A DNA stretch of 63,910 nt, the filler included, from Stramenopiles sp. TOSAG23-2 (lineage: Eukaryota), in assembly GCA_900128395.1 (NCBI GenBank). It is 3 parts of 3 records of this genome, joined end to end, with 100 filler letters (N's around TTAATTAATTAA, not from the genome) between each part and the next. Parts side by side here need not be neighbours in the genome. Positions count along the whole stretch, not along the records: positions 1 to 23,359 come from LT649489.1; 2 more parts are not named here. One strand, written 5' to 3'. Below, one piece after another: positions 1-12,345 of this stretch (within the stretch, counting starts at the first letter, position 1; every line of letters starts with the position of its first letter). The notes under the pieces are model-generated. The model did not search any database. It saw only the letters and a program-made list of their open reading frames with translations, and was not told the DNA's origin. The position numbers and the translations under genes are program-made.

Positions 1-1135
1 GTGATTAAAAAATTTAAAGCACAATCACAAAGTGAAGGTGCTGGATTTGTAATTCGAAGGCCAATTGGACGTACATTATCAGATGAAGAAGCAGATCCAT
101 TTTTATTATTAGATGAACTAGGTCCTGTATCATATGCCAAAGGTGAATTTCCTGGAGCACCATGGCATCCACACCGTGGTTTTGACACCGTTATGTATAT
201 GTTACAGGGTGAAGGGAAGCATCAAGATTCTATGGGAAATTCGGGGATATTAAGAGCTGGGGATGTACAATGGATGACGGCTGGATCTGGAATTGAACAC
301 GACGAGGGTAGAGACCATCCTGGTGGAATTTTGCATGGTTTTCAAATGTGGATCAATTTACCAAGTCATTTAAAAATGTCAGATCCATCATATCAAGATA
401 TTCCAAGTGATGATATACCTGTAGTAGAAATTAAAGATGGTCTTAAAGCTAAAATATTGGCCGGCACATGTCATAGAATAAATGCAATCATTCAAACACA
501 AGTCGAATGTCAATATTTGGATTTTCAAATAACGTTAGAAGGCAAAAGTAGCGATGGCTTGGAATATACACATATAGTGCCAGAGAAAATGACTACTGGT
601 ATAGTTTTTGTGTATCATGGCACTGGTCTATTTGGTGCTAATGATATAGAATGTACAGATGGAGACACCATATTATTGGGACCAGGAGATTCCTTGCGTT
701 TTAAATGTGTCACTAAATTAGATAATAGGAATAAAAAATTATACACGGAAGATTTACGATTTTTGTTTCTTGCAGGTAAACCTCTGAAAGAACCAATTGA
801 AAGACATGGCCCATTCGTTATGAATACTCGCGAGGAATTATTAATTGCATTTAAAGAATATCAACAAGGTACATTTATTAAAAAGAAAGGCATAATGTTA
901 AAAAAAACACCGACGGTATTAGGAGAGAAAGATGAAGGAGAAGAACGAACAATATCAACAAGGTACATTTATTAAAAAGAAAGGCATAATGTTAAAAAAA
1001 ACACCGACGGTATTAGGAGAGAAAGATGAAGGAGAAGAACGAACTGGCGAAGAAACCAATTCGGATGATAATGGTAATAATAATAATAATATAAAGAAGA
1101 AGAAGAGTGATGACTCTGGAAGTAATAAAGAATAA
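1..1135 (+). CDS. Pirin-family (bicupin) protein, 5' probably truncated at the contig edge; the C-terminus is interrupted by a 94-bp tandem duplication
   Basis: Pirin motifs DPFLLLDE, HPHRGFDTV, GDVQWMTAGSGIEHDE, HGFQMWINLP and GKPLKEPIERHGPFVMNT. Positions 857-950 repeat exactly at 951-1044; removing one copy extends the ORF to the stop at 1135. Confidence 0.93.
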
Positions 1136-1523
1136 TACATATGCATACATATCTGATATATCGATATGATATCATATTGAAAAAACCCCCCATTTTTTAT
1201 TAAAATAATAAAAACTGGTTGGCTGTGTGTATAATATGAGAGCGTGATGGTGGCAGGTGGTAGATACGCTTCGTAGTATAAATAAAATAATAATAAAGAG
1301 TACATTACGTCTAGTAGTAGTTTGTTAATCATACACTCTCTCCTCTCCCCAAAAATTTATTTCGTACGGGGTACGGGTGTGTTCGTGTGTGCGTATGTTA
1401 TTTTTTTGAATGTGCATATTTTGATACTTGCACATTTAGAATTGATAAACAGATCATATAGGCCTCTCGCAGCTCTTCAAACTATAAAATATTTTTTTCT
1501 GTCTTTATTTCTTCACTTTCTTT

Positions 1524-2249
1524 TTAAAAGCCATGATTAGAAAAACTAGTACAATTATTATTTGAATGAAATGGCTCCATGCCATCACGTTGCGACAATT
1601 GTGTTTGTAATGAATAGTTTCGTTGCTCCAATTTCATGATATGATCTTTCATTTGCGAAATTAATGTTTTATACGAGTTGGCTTCAACTGTTAATTGTTT
1701 ATTCTTCGTTTCTTGTATAATTACACCACGTTTTAAAATACCATTCTCCGATTTTACAGCCTCAAGTTCCTTCGCCTTATGTGTCAATATTTCTTGTTGT
1801 TTATTTACTACTGTTTCAAGTTCATTTACTTTATGTGCGTGTTGGTTGCTCAAAAGTTCTAAATGTCGTTGAGTAAATTTAATAACATCCTTGGAATCTT
1901 CTTGTCGTACTTTTTTATATGTTACACAGTTACCACTGGTTTGCTCTACATTGTGGTAATAACTGCCACGCCCCATAAGCATGTTTGTGCCATTTTCATC
2001 GTATATCGCGGAGCGCCTTTTTAAGCGATTCCTGTTATTATTATCGTTGTTGGTATTGTTACTATTGTTGTTGTTATATAGTTTTAACTTTTTGCGTCGA
2101 ACACGCCCTTGTAATCTTTCCATATTATTATGTGGGTCTCCTTGTTGTCCCATCATATTATTATTGACATCCGTTAATAATGGATATCGTTGTGGCGAGC
2201 ATACCATCATTTCTCCAGCATTACGTTTTGTACCTAACATGTTGTTCAA
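1524..2249 (-). CDS. Coiled-coil protein whose C-terminus resembles the plant/algal CUE-domain-associated family
   Basis: 241-aa ORF. ENGILKRGVIIQ...LEQRNYSLQTQL resembles the conserved ENxILKRAVxIQ...LExxNYAL tail of that family (recalled similarity, not searched). Confidence 0.55.
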   Translation of the reverse strand: MNNMLGTKRNAGEMMVCSPQRYPLLTDVNNNMMGQQGDPHNNMERLQGRVRRKKLKLYNNNNSNNTNNDNNNRNRLKRRSAIYDENGTNMLMGRGSYYHNVEQTSGNCVTYKKVRQEDSKDVIKFTQRHLELLSNQHAHKVNELETVVNKQQEILTHKAKELEAVKSENGILKRGVIIQETKNKQLTVEANSYKTLISQMKDHIMKLEQRNYSLQTQLSQRDGMEPFHSNNNCTSFSNHGF

Positions 2250-3293
2250 AAATATATTTATAATAATTCAAAAAAACAATATAAATAAATACACAACTAT
2301 ACAAAATTTATGTTATATTATTTATCGTTATTTTTTTTTCCAGTTAAAAATAATTTGTTTATATTTTCTTATCAAAAAATATATAATTATTATTGAAAAA
2401 AAATAATAATTAATATAATATAAATATATACAAAAAGAACGTTTGTACACTTTACACAAATAATCAACTAAAATTTAAATCAAAGTATTTCTCAATACTT
2501 TTATACTATTGTTCTTTGATTGTTTTACTTTCACCTTGTTCCAACTATGTTTATAATCTGTTCATTATTCATTTATTAGTCCAGGTAGTCCAGGTAGTCG
2601 TTCTTGTTGTATTTTAAAATATATAATAAATAGTGTAAATAGTTTAGATCGATATTGCTGTACTTGATTGTAATGTTAAATACAATAAATATCCTATACG
2701 TAGAAATATTAACAGACAAACTATCCAAATTACAAGTTGTAATATAGCAGGGAATAGCACGGCCGGAGGAAAATTCTTCAAAAAAAAGAGAGAAGTAGTT
2801 TAATTTTGATACGTGCATACTTTATTATTAGTTCACTACTGTACTAACTTGTTGCACTGCGATAGCTGCTACGTATGTGGCCTTTTTGGGCTGGGAAACG
2901 AGATAAAAAAAAATGTGGTGGCACAGGGCACAGACACAATATTCCAGATTACAGCATTACTAATATTAATATTAAATACTGTAATATACCTATTAAAAGT
3001 ACAATATAATATGCAGCCTATTCCAGTCAAAAGAGCAGCAGCTATAGCACACATTAATAACATATCATCAGCCCATAATAAGTATCTCTCATTCTTCTTC
3101 TCGTATATTATTATTAATATATACACATCAAATAATATATTCGTTTCATAAAATAATAATTTAGTATTACTAGAAAACGTTAAAGTGGGCACACACGTGT
3201 TTACAAGCAGCTATACTAAAATTAATACGTACCTTACGGTTTTTGTTGTTCGTTACTATATATATATATATTTTCAATTCAGTTTCACACGAA

Positions 3294-5855
3294 ATGCAGT
3301 CAATATATAATGTACGATTCTGTTTTGGAATGTCACTTTTGTCTTTGTTTTGTCTAGTAATACTTCAATGGCATACTCATAATAGTTATATCTCACTATC
3401 ACGAAAATCATTACAATATGCTTACAGAAATCTGGATGGATTTTTATCTGAATTCGATAATGAAAAACATGATACAATCATTTTAGGAAAAAAACGAAAA
3501 ACAAATATTACAATAAACAAACCAACCTCAACTCAACAATTAAAGTTGTCATCCTCAATAAAATCATTAATTGATACTTTAGAAAAACCAAAAGTAGACA
3601 AGATAAAAACTAGTAATACAAAGTCGTTCAAAAAACTAATTTTGGCTGGATCAATAAAGGCATTATGGCGTCAACTTGAAAATACCCCAAAGCAGGAAGC
3701 ACCATCGAAAAAAGAACCACCGAAGAAAATATCTTCAACAAAACCATCATCTGTAAAAAAAATTGCTGCGAAAATATTTGCGAAAATATTGACGAAAAAG
3801 AAAAATAAGAATAATAATAGTAATAGCAACAAGAAGCAAGAAAAATCAAAATCATCATCAACCTCTACTAACACGAATAATGACAACACAGTGAATGAAA
3901 TAGGAGAAACAAAAAAAAATAACATAAACAATAACGATGATTCAACTACAGTAGAAGATCCACCCGATGAATGCATGTCTGTAGGAAGTACAATGTTGAT
4001 TGAAACAAAAATTTCAACATTAATCATTGTACCAATTCCTGAAGAAGATATAAGAAATGCTGGTAACAATGTGGAGAAGCTTCATAGTGACTTTGCAAAA
4101 CAGTTTGTAAAGCCTTTAAATGCACATGTCTACCATATAATTTTTATATGGAACTTTGCACTTACTAAAATTAATCCAAAGACATTAAAAATTTTAGATA
4201 TGTTGAAACATACTGTCACTTCAATACTACTTAATCCTGACAAATATAAAAATGTGCACATAACATTTTTAACATGTACAGAAAAAGATAAATCAAACCA
4301 TAACACTATGGAAAAAGAAATACGAAACTCGGTACGACCATATTTAAAAATATTTGACTCGTTGAAAAAAAAAATAATTGTCACTTCCGTTCACACAAGA
4401 TTCATGGAGCATAAACTGGGCAATAGTAATATAAATAATTGTGCTAATGTAAAATCATTTACTAAACAACATGGGTGCCATTGTTCATGGGCAAAATCCC
4501 ATAAAAGTTGTATAAACGATAATTCAAATTGTTTCAAAGCATGTTGTTGTAAATATTATGATCCAACAGGATTTGATAGATTGACAAATGGATATCTCAT
4601 ACAACATGAAAAACGTTTTGAACATTTCAACACCATATATGCAATTGGAGGATATAAAATTGGAAAAGATAAAAAAGTAGGCTTACCGTGTTTTACTCAA
4701 ATGCCAAGACAAAAAGAGCAACAATTACCTGAGTTAGTACGTGTGTATAAAAAGAACATAGATGCTGGGCAAATTGATGATGGGAAACATATAAATGGAG
4801 AATCATTTGGCATATGCGATTTAGTTGAAATGCCATTAAGTGTAAATCCATACAAGAAAACAGAGGAGACGATTTCCATCCTTGTTTCGGCAGCGTTTAC
4901 AGGGCATGGCCACCTTGCAGCACCAAAAGCAAGAAAGATGTTAAATACGAAATATTTAGGCCAAAAATCAGGAAGCTTTGGTTTTTTGCCATACTTCACT
5001 TCATCTGAAAACAATTTTCAAGTTGATAAATATGTTTCCTTTAAGAATACAGCATACAAATTATGGAAAAAAGATTCATTATGTTTTACTGGAAGGGATG
5101 CACGCACACGACCGTCGTTGTTGTATGATGTCTCCAAGACAATAAATGATATTGTATCAACAGAAAACGAATTAACATATGAGAAAAATTCATTTAATGC
5201 AGTATACGGTTCGCTATTAACGCCGATGAAGGTAGGAAGCCTGCCGCCATGGGAGTTCGATATGGATTTGGATTTTATAATGGATTTGCCTTTCAGGGAA
5301 TCTTCGCCATCTAAATTACAAAGTAAATGTAGAAAAATATTAACCCTCGTAAAAGATAGAGGTCCAAAAAGTGGATTTCATATTCATGATATTAAATGTG
5401 GAAAAGAAGCTGGTGTTGATTTTAAAAAAAGTAAAGTGAAATGTATTATGAATGTGAATAGAAAAAAAGATAAAGCAATATTTTTCCCACACTGGAATCA
5501 AATATGTGGGGATTTAAAACGTTGTCCTGATTGTTGGGTATTGGATCCTGAAATATGGAAAATTTGCTTAAAACGTGTTCAAGATATAACAAGAAACGGG
5601 AAAAAAATGAAAGGTTATGAACGTAAGGAAGGTTTAAAATTTGAAATAGCATGTATGGCATCTACGCCACACAATATAAAACTAGTAAAAAATGCTCCAA
5701 AAATAGCAATTGCAGACCCAACTGGTTCCGGTGAGACGTTTTTCGTCAAAGTATTTCTTCATCATAATTCAAATGTTTTATCCGAAGAGTTTACATTGCA
5801 AGAATTTGGGAACTGGTTGCCAAGTCCATGGCAATGCCCATGGAAGGAAAAATAA
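3294..5855 (+). CDS. Type II membrane LicD/fukutin-like nucleotidyltransferase-fold protein
   Basis: N-terminal hydrophobic anchor, K/S/N-rich stem, and YGSLLTPMKVGSLPPWEFDMDL, which matches the LicD GTLLG..R....IPWDxDxD motif. Confidence 0.7.
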   Translation: MQSIYNVRFCFGMSLLSLFCLVILQWHTHNSYISLSRKSLQYAYRNLDGFLSEFDNEKHDTIILGKKRKTNITINKPTSTQQLKLSSSIKSLIDTLEKPKVDKIKTSNTKSFKKLILAGSIKALWRQLENTPKQEAPSKKEPPKKISSTKPSSVKKIAAKIFAKILTKKKNKNNNSNSNKKQEKSKSSSTSTNTNNDNTVNEIGETKKNNINNNDDSTTVEDPPDECMSVGSTMLIETKISTLIIVPIPEEDIRNAGNNVEKLHSDFAKQFVKPLNAHVYHIIFIWNFALTKINPKTLKILDMLKHTVTSILLNPDKYKNVHITFLTCTEKDKSNHNTMEKEIRNSVRPYLKIFDSLKKKIIVTSVHTRFMEHKLGNSNINNCANVKSFTKQHGCHCSWAKSHKSCINDNSNCFKACCCKYYDPTGFDRLTNGYLIQHEKRFEHFNTIYAIGGYKIGKDKKVGLPCFTQMPRQKEQQLPELVRVYKKNIDAGQIDDGKHINGESFGICDLVEMPLSVNPYKKTEETISILVSAAFTGHGHLAAPKARKMLNTKYLGQKSGSFGFLPYFTSSENNFQVDKYVSFKNTAYKLWKKDSLCFTGRDARTRPSLLYDVSKTINDIVSTENELTYEKNSFNAVYGSLLTPMKVGSLPPWEFDMDLDFIMDLPFRESSPSKLQSKCRKILTLVKDRGPKSGFHIHDIKCGKEAGVDFKKSKVKCIMNVNRKKDKAIFFPHWNQICGDLKRCPDCWVLDPEIWKICLKRVQDITRNGKKMKGYERKEGLKFEIACMASTPHNIKLVKNAPKIAIADPTGSGETFFVKVFLHHNSNVLSEEFTLQEFGNWLPSPWQCPWKEK

Positions 5856-6331
5856 ACTATTAAAATGTGTCACAGATATTTTACATTATTACCATAAATA
5901 TTTTACCATCATCGCTACTACTATACTACATAATATACTTCGTAATATGTATTATTGTCATAATCCATCGCACACAGAGTCGTCTGAATGAATTCGTCAT
6001 TTAAGATTCAAGTCGTCAGTCGTGTTTTGAGTACCTCTTCCTATACTATGTATCATTTTACTATACCAGGTACTGTACCAGGTACTAAAAATTGGGTCAG
6101 GCGGTAATAACAATATTTTCTGGCAGTTAGTTTTTTGTTGGTGCTACTATATTAGAAATATACTATATAAAATATATATATATATTTCAAAATATGTTGT
6201 TTCTAGGGAAAAAAAGAGAAAAAGAAAACAACGACAAGAGAATTTAAACAATATTATATGGTTTTTGTTTGTTTAAATCAAATAAAGTACGAAATTCATT
6301 ATAAGAAGACTCCCAGGACTAAAATTTGAAA

Positions 6332-8107
6332 ATGGAAATATTATCAGAAAGTGGAATACAAGATTCTACACAACAATTAAATACGAAGAAAAATATTGAT
6401 GTTAATAATAACGTAAAAAATGCTTCAATAAAAAATACTAATAATGCAACGACGACGGTTGATAAAGGTATTGATGATTATGAACGTGATACGGATGTAT
6501 CTGAAGAATTGTCATCGGCAAAATTGATGGAATTATTATTACCAGATGGATCGTTTCCAGGATCAAATTCAAATAAATCTAATTTCTTTATCGCATATTC
6601 AAACAACGCATTATCAGCATGGGTCAAGCAACGGTCACCTGGTTGTGCAGCAGCATCTGTTGCTGGTGCGTGGAATGCATTAGGTGGTTTAAAACGACAA
6701 GATAAAGGTGCTAGAACCATGGATGACAATATCAATGTATTGATACAAATACAGAAAGATCGCGTGAATAACACACGCGGTAGAATCGAACGTTTATTGG
6801 GTAATTTAAATATTGAACCTGTATTGGATGCAGTGAAAAAAGTCTTAAAAGAGAAGCATGATGGTAAATTTATTGGTGGTGAAAATAAAGCAACTAGTGC
6901 AAGTAAAAAATTGATGAAAGACACATTTAAAAAAGTCGTATTTGAATCGTTTCAACTGGAAGGAGATGATGAAAAAACATATGTTTACGCTGATCCTGTT
7001 TTTCAAATATTAAGAGAAGATATGGAAGATCCAGAAGAAGTGAAAAGGCGAAAACAAGAAAAAGTAGAAGCTAGAAAACAACAAGAAGCATTATTAGCAG
7101 AGCAAATTATGGAAGGTGGTAATCCATTTGAAACTAAATCTAATATTGGTCAAGATCCAGATTTTACAATACAACCATTTCAATCATCCACAAATAGCAA
7201 CGCGAATGGCAACAGCATGGCAAAAATAACATCTGCTTCTGAAAATGAGTTGAACAATGATAGTGATACAATTCCACGACGAACAGAAGAAGACGAAGAG
7301 CAACCAATTATTGTTGAGACGACGGTAAAAGTGAAAACGAAAAAAATAAGTTGGGTAAAAGAATTTAGTGAATTATTTAATCGTATGGGTGGATTACGTA
7401 AATTAGAGCGAAAACGACCAAGTACAGCAGCATTTGGTAATTGGGGTATTACATCGCAAGTGAATTGGATATCATCTGAATCATTGGGTTTAATGGATTT
7501 GCGTTGTTCTATGTTTATGGGAAAACGAGTACGTGGTTCAAAACTACGTTGTCCATTATCTACAATGGACAAAGAAGAAGATATTTACATGCAATGGTTA
7601 CAATTACGTGCTATGTTTACCAGAGACGATACTATTTTATTATCACATCATAAAAATCATTATGCATTGATTTATGCAATTCGTGAATGGACGGAAACCG
7701 TATCAGTAAAAAACGAGCAACAACAACAAGAAACGTCAAAAGAGGGAGAAGAAAACGCAATGACAAATGTACCGATACCACCAACTACTAAAGTTCATGT
7801 TCGTCAAGTATTAACTGCACGTAAAGGACAAAGACCAAGTGCATGGATTGATTGGAAAGAGTTACGATCAACCTATATTGGTTGGGCTGGTTATAAATTG
7901 ATGACAATACAGCGCAGTAGTAAACAACCAAATAAAGCTGAATGGGAACAATATGTGAATGATGTATTAAATAAACATGATGTACAGGAGGAGAAGGAGG
8001 TAGTAGAAGCAGATGCTACCTCATCTACTAATACTACATCAATTGTTAATGATGATGATGATGCAATGAAAGAAAACAATGATCAACAACAATTTCAACA
8101 TAAATAA
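6332..8107 (+). CDS. BIVM-like / C39-type papain-fold protein
   Basis: QRSPGCAAASVAGAWNAL (Q...C) and HHKNHYALIYAIREW (NHY) resemble the C39/BIVM catalytic segments. Long clean ORF. Confidence 0.55.
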   Translation: MEILSESGIQDSTQQLNTKKNIDVNNNVKNASIKNTNNATTTVDKGIDDYERDTDVSEELSSAKLMELLLPDGSFPGSNSNKSNFFIAYSNNALSAWVKQRSPGCAAASVAGAWNALGGLKRQDKGARTMDDNINVLIQIQKDRVNNTRGRIERLLGNLNIEPVLDAVKKVLKEKHDGKFIGGENKATSASKKLMKDTFKKVVFESFQLEGDDEKTYVYADPVFQILREDMEDPEEVKRRKQEKVEARKQQEALLAEQIMEGGNPFETKSNIGQDPDFTIQPFQSSTNSNANGNSMAKITSASENELNNDSDTIPRRTEEDEEQPIIVETTVKVKTKKISWVKEFSELFNRMGGLRKLERKRPSTAAFGNWGITSQVNWISSESLGLMDLRCSMFMGKRVRGSKLRCPLSTMDKEEDIYMQWLQLRAMFTRDDTILLSHHKNHYALIYAIREWTETVSVKNEQQQQETSKEGEENAMTNVPIPPTTKVHVRQVLTARKGQRPSAWIDWKELRSTYIGWAGYKLMTIQRSSKQPNKAEWEQYVNDVLNKHDVQEEKEVVEADATSSTNTTSIVNDDDDAMKENNDQQQFQHK

Positions 8108-9754
8108 GATGATTAATAGTTTTTATACTTGTTACACTATACTGCAGGATAATCGAAGAAAACTATATTTGTTAATGACCCGAACCACCGTGTTAGTGTC
8201 GTGAGTCGTGAGCTTCGGTGTGCCAAATAACTAATTTCATATACTTTAAGTACAATTTACCCGCGTATATTACTATCAAACATTATTTCTAGATCTGAGT
8301 ATTAGTTTTTGTTATCCTTCATGTGTTCATACCCAAACATAGCCATAATTACGTAGATTGATATATTATCCATTCGTGCATTCGCACATTCGCACATTCG
8401 TCATCAGCACAGCACCAATGATATTCCCGATCTTAACTTTAGCAGGTAAATACGACCCTACACACGAAACATAACAGCCGACAGGAATATAACAAGCCAA
8501 GAATTCGCCAGAGAGTGGGATACACTGTATGCATGTAGCAGTGCAATATACATATGAGTTGCATGATACATGACTGTATTATTAGATAATATATACGATC
8601 CGTATTATATATCATATATTATATATTTATTTCGAATTTATGCTCTTGCATATATAAAAACACTCTAGCATATAATACTGTATAGACATATTGACACTTT
8701 AAAAAGTTTTTAAAACAGTGAGACAGTGAGTGAATACATTAATATCTTGAGAATAAGAATTAAAAATAAACATAAACTTAACACGTTCCTTTATGCAGAA
8801 TCAGGTCATACCTTTCACCAATGTTGTAAAGATCAACATATAATTTGTGCTCTTAGTCACGCTGCTTATGCATGGGCACAAAATGTCTCTCCAAATGAAG
8901 ATATCATTGAAGAAGAATTTCGTTCGGCAAAAGAGGACGGTTTCTGTCATCCTGAAAATGTCATTGGCCATCCATTTTTAAAACAAACAAATGGATCAAT
9001 ACCGTAACATGTAAATTTGGTGAGGGCACTCCCAGATTCTTTAAATTTATGACCGCATACAACAAAAAAAAATATATTGAAAGAAATAAGAAAGTGACAA
9101 TAGGACAGCGTGTGCGAATGACAATCGCATTTTTCTGTTTTTTTGGAGTGTTTGGATTTTATAACTCTTTTCAGATGTTCCAGTCCAGTTTGAATCCATG
9201 CAGCAATGCTTATTGTGGCGAACATTAATAAAGGTCATTACGAAAACACACACACACACACACAATTTATCATATATCATCTTAATAATTAAGTTTACGC
9301 ATAATTTATTTTTTAATTTACTCCCATAATAATTCCTACTTTCTTCAAATATTATATAAATTAGATAAAAAACTTTTAATATTTGTGACATCCAAAAGAT
9401 ACATGTTTGTTTTTTATTTTTTATAATTATTTATTTTTCCCCTCAAATAATATTGGTTGAAATCTCTGGTCTCAGTACAGAGTAGTTGTATACTAGAAAT
9501 ATTTACCTATATATAATATATGTATTATTTATATTTTTTTATTACGCGCTCAGCCAAAAAAAGCTCTCGATTTGCACATTATTTGTCCACAGATGGTTCG
9601 GGTCTATAAATAATAATATCCATATATTTTTCATTTTCAAGATAGTACCCTTATGTAGATAAAGATACATATATATATAATATATGTCATCCAACACTAT
9701 TAGAGTAGTTATATTATCTTTATTACATTAAAAATATTACGTACACAACACGGC

Positions 9755-10207
9755 ATGCCATTATATAGTATAATAGCTGGTATATTTGGTGCATTTGCAT
9801 CCGTATTTGGTAAATTAGCATTTAGTTCTGATTCGATAGCAGTGAAATATATTAGTACAAAGTGTCATATGCAATTTGAAACAACAACTTCTGGGGAAGT
9901 ATATTGTTCGTATATAATTTATGCATTTCGAGCATTGATGTTTTTTATTATGATGACTGTTAATGGCATCATGTTGAGTTCTATGGTGCGAGCATTACAT
10001 TCAGATGGTTCATTGAAATCTACTGTTATGACTACGTCTGTTAATTTTCTAGCTACCGCAATTTTTGCTTATTTATTATTTAATGAACATTTATCAATAA
10101 CATGGTGGATTGGAGCAGTTTTCATTTTTCTTGGTGTATATTTTGTACAAAAAGGTAAAACAGTGAATAGTGATGTAAGTGATGAGAAGAAGAAGAAGAC
10201 GGATTAA
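9755..10207 (+). CDS. TMEM42: TMEM42-like small DMT/EamA membrane protein
   Basis: AGIFGAFASVFGKLAF at the N-terminus and TTSVNFLATAIFAYLLFNEHLSITWWIGA at the C-terminus; 4 TM segments. Confidence 0.8.
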   Translation: MPLYSIIAGIFGAFASVFGKLAFSSDSIAVKYISTKCHMQFETTTSGEVYCSYIIYAFRALMFFIMMTVNGIMLSSMVRALHSDGSLKSTVMTTSVNFLATAIFAYLLFNEHLSITWWIGAVFIFLGVYFVQKGKTVNSDVSDEKKKKTD

Positions 10208-10398
10208 ATGTAGATATTGAATGTCTGCGTGTGTATGTTCATGTTTAGAGAGAGGAAGTTAAAAATATTTTGTTTTATAATATTATAAAAAATGCATAAT
10301 TTGATACATACGAAAATATCATTCACATTATGATAATACTTCTTCTATCCTTTACCTTTATATATATACATACGATTTTCATTTTTACGGCCACATTT

Positions 10399-12345
10399 TT
10401 ACGGGCCACTTTCTTGTTTTTCCTTATTGATTTGTGAGATTGATATACCAGTTGGATCGGAAATGGTTCTTGATTTAGCGGATAACGATGAACGTACCTG
10501 ACTTTTCCGATTATTACCGTCTACATTATTACCATTACTGCTTTGTTTATTAATTAATAAGATATCATCACTTGTTAATGACCATCTTAACTTTGAATTG
10601 ATTGATTTTCGACCTTTTGATATTTCAATTGATTCTGAATCATCCTTTCTTAATAATGGTAAATGTACGCTTGTTCTAAAATGCCTACTTAATCGATCGA
10701 CACGATCATTACTAGTGCCATCATCATTTAAATTATCTGTATCATCATCATCGTTATTATTTCCATCTTTAAATAATGAACCAGGTTTCATACTTAATAT
10801 ATAAATACCACAAAATGATACAATACAACCAACTGGAAATAAAATCCAATTTGCAGTAGTAAATTCATCAAATTCTTTATAATATAAACCACCACCAATA
10901 ACGCCAAATATTTGATAAAATGTTATAAAGACAGGTACAATTTTCAATGCTTCGAAATATTTTAATCCTAGATTTAATATATTTGTTTGTGCTACTAATA
11001 CTAAAATCATTGCAATTAAATAGACATAGAAATCAATATTTGCAAAGCACATATAATCAATACCTTGGTTTTTCCCAAAAAAAGTTACTTTGACTAATTC
11101 AATAACTGTTTTTGCAAATATAATAGATTGACCGCCTAATAAACCAGATAAAAAAGAATAACCAAATCGTACAACAGCATAATCATATTCACCTTCTACT
11201 AACTCTAAATCTTCATAGGTTTCTTCTTCTTTACCATCATCGTTACTATTACTACTACTACTTTTACTTGCAATTAATTGTATATCTTTTGTATTAATTG
11301 CATCATCAATTGCATCATCAATTGATGAAAAATCTTTTTCTTTATTTGACATTTTTCGTAATAGTTCAACATTCACATCCAAACAACTTTTTGTTACCGT
11401 ACGTCTTTTTACAATACTTGTAACATAAAAATAAAATGTGAAAAAAATGACAACAACACATGATTCAAATATAATCATACCAAGTGATGTCCATCGTTGA
11501 AAAAAATAATCAGGAGATAAGATTGGTGTTTTTTTCGGTGCAAATACAGTTGCTAATAAACTGCCACTAATTATAATTACAGTTGCAATTAATGATTTTT
11601 TATCTAATTTTTCCTTTAATAAACATGGTGCAATAATAACATTATGAACCAAAACTAACGAAGCCAATGGTGCCAACATCGCTGCTGGCGCCATACCAAA
11701 CGTTAAAACATCTAAAATACCATCTAAAACAATTAAACTCATACCGATGATCCACAATGGCTGGGTATAATAACTACTTGTTCGATCTTTCTGTTGTTCA
11801 AGTTTATCATGAGTTAATTTTTGTAGGTTCATCCCTAACGTTGCACAGAAACTACCAATTGATGCTACCAATGCACCTAATATGAAATACGAACAAAATG
11901 TTGACGTACCTTCTATTAATTCACCATCAAAGATTGTATTATCTGTATTGTCTTTCTCACCATCTGTTATATACGTATCGCAATTATTATTCTCATTTTT
12001 TACGGGTTTATATATTTTTAACTCTTTATATTCAATTAAACTTATTGAAAAACATATAGTTGGTGATATAATAATATAATTACCATTTGATATAAATTTT
12101 GAATAGGTTGTTAATGTTGTTATTGGATTAGAGGTGGATGATACATTGAAAAATCCAGGTAATATTAATTCACCATCTTGAAATGTTAATGTCGTTCCAG
12201 TAATTATTACTTTTAATTTGTTGTTTGTTGTTGTTGTTGTTGTAAGATATTCACCTTGTATTTCACATTCATTTCCTAAGTCAGTGGATACGGTGATTGG
12301 GATGATAGTTAAAAATAGTAATATGATGATGATGGAATATTTCAT
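10399..12345 (-). CDS. NIPA-family Mg2+ transporter with a signal peptide and extracellular N-terminal extension
   Basis: GMNLQKLTH, YYTQPLWIIGM, FGMAPAAMLAPLASLVLVHN, LNLGLKYFEALKIVPVF and GGLYYKEF. Confidence 0.9.
   Translation of the reverse strand: MKYSIIIILLFLTIIPITVSTDLGNECEIQGEYLTTTTTTNNKLKVIITGTTLTFQDGELILPGFFNVSSTSNPITTLTTYSKFISNGNYIIISPTICFSISLIEYKELKIYKPVKNENNNCDTYITDGEKDNTDNTIFDGELIEGTSTFCSYFILGALVASIGSFCATLGMNLQKLTHDKLEQQKDRTSSYYTQPLWIIGMSLIVLDGILDVLTFGMAPAAMLAPLASLVLVHNVIIAPCLLKEKLDKKSLIATVIIISGSLLATVFAPKKTPILSPDYFFQRWTSLGMIIFESCVVVIFFTFYFYVTSIVKRRTVTKSCLDVNVELLRKMSNKEKDFSSIDDAIDDAINTKDIQLIASKSSSSNSNDDGKEEETYEDLELVEGEYDYAVVRFGYSFLSGLLGGQSIIFAKTVIELVKVTFFGKNQGIDYMCFANIDFYVYLIAMILVLVAQTNILNLGLKYFEALKIVPVFITFYQIFGVIGGGLYYKEFDEFTTANWILFPVGCIVSFCGIYILSMKPGSLFKDGNNNDDDDTDNLNDDGTSNDRVDRLSRHFRTSVHLPLLRKDDSESIEISKGRKSINSKLRWSLTSDDILLINKQSSNGNNVDGNNRKSQVRSSLSAKSRTISDPTGISISQINKEKQESGP

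Noticed and set aside
857-1044. Near-exact tandem duplications causing frameshifts (also 29787-29998, 41351-41830, 41035-41168, 55002-55142)
   Set aside because: Near-perfect two-copy repeats that break otherwise intact genes or repeat their flanks; typical of assembly overlap errors rather than programmed frameshifting.
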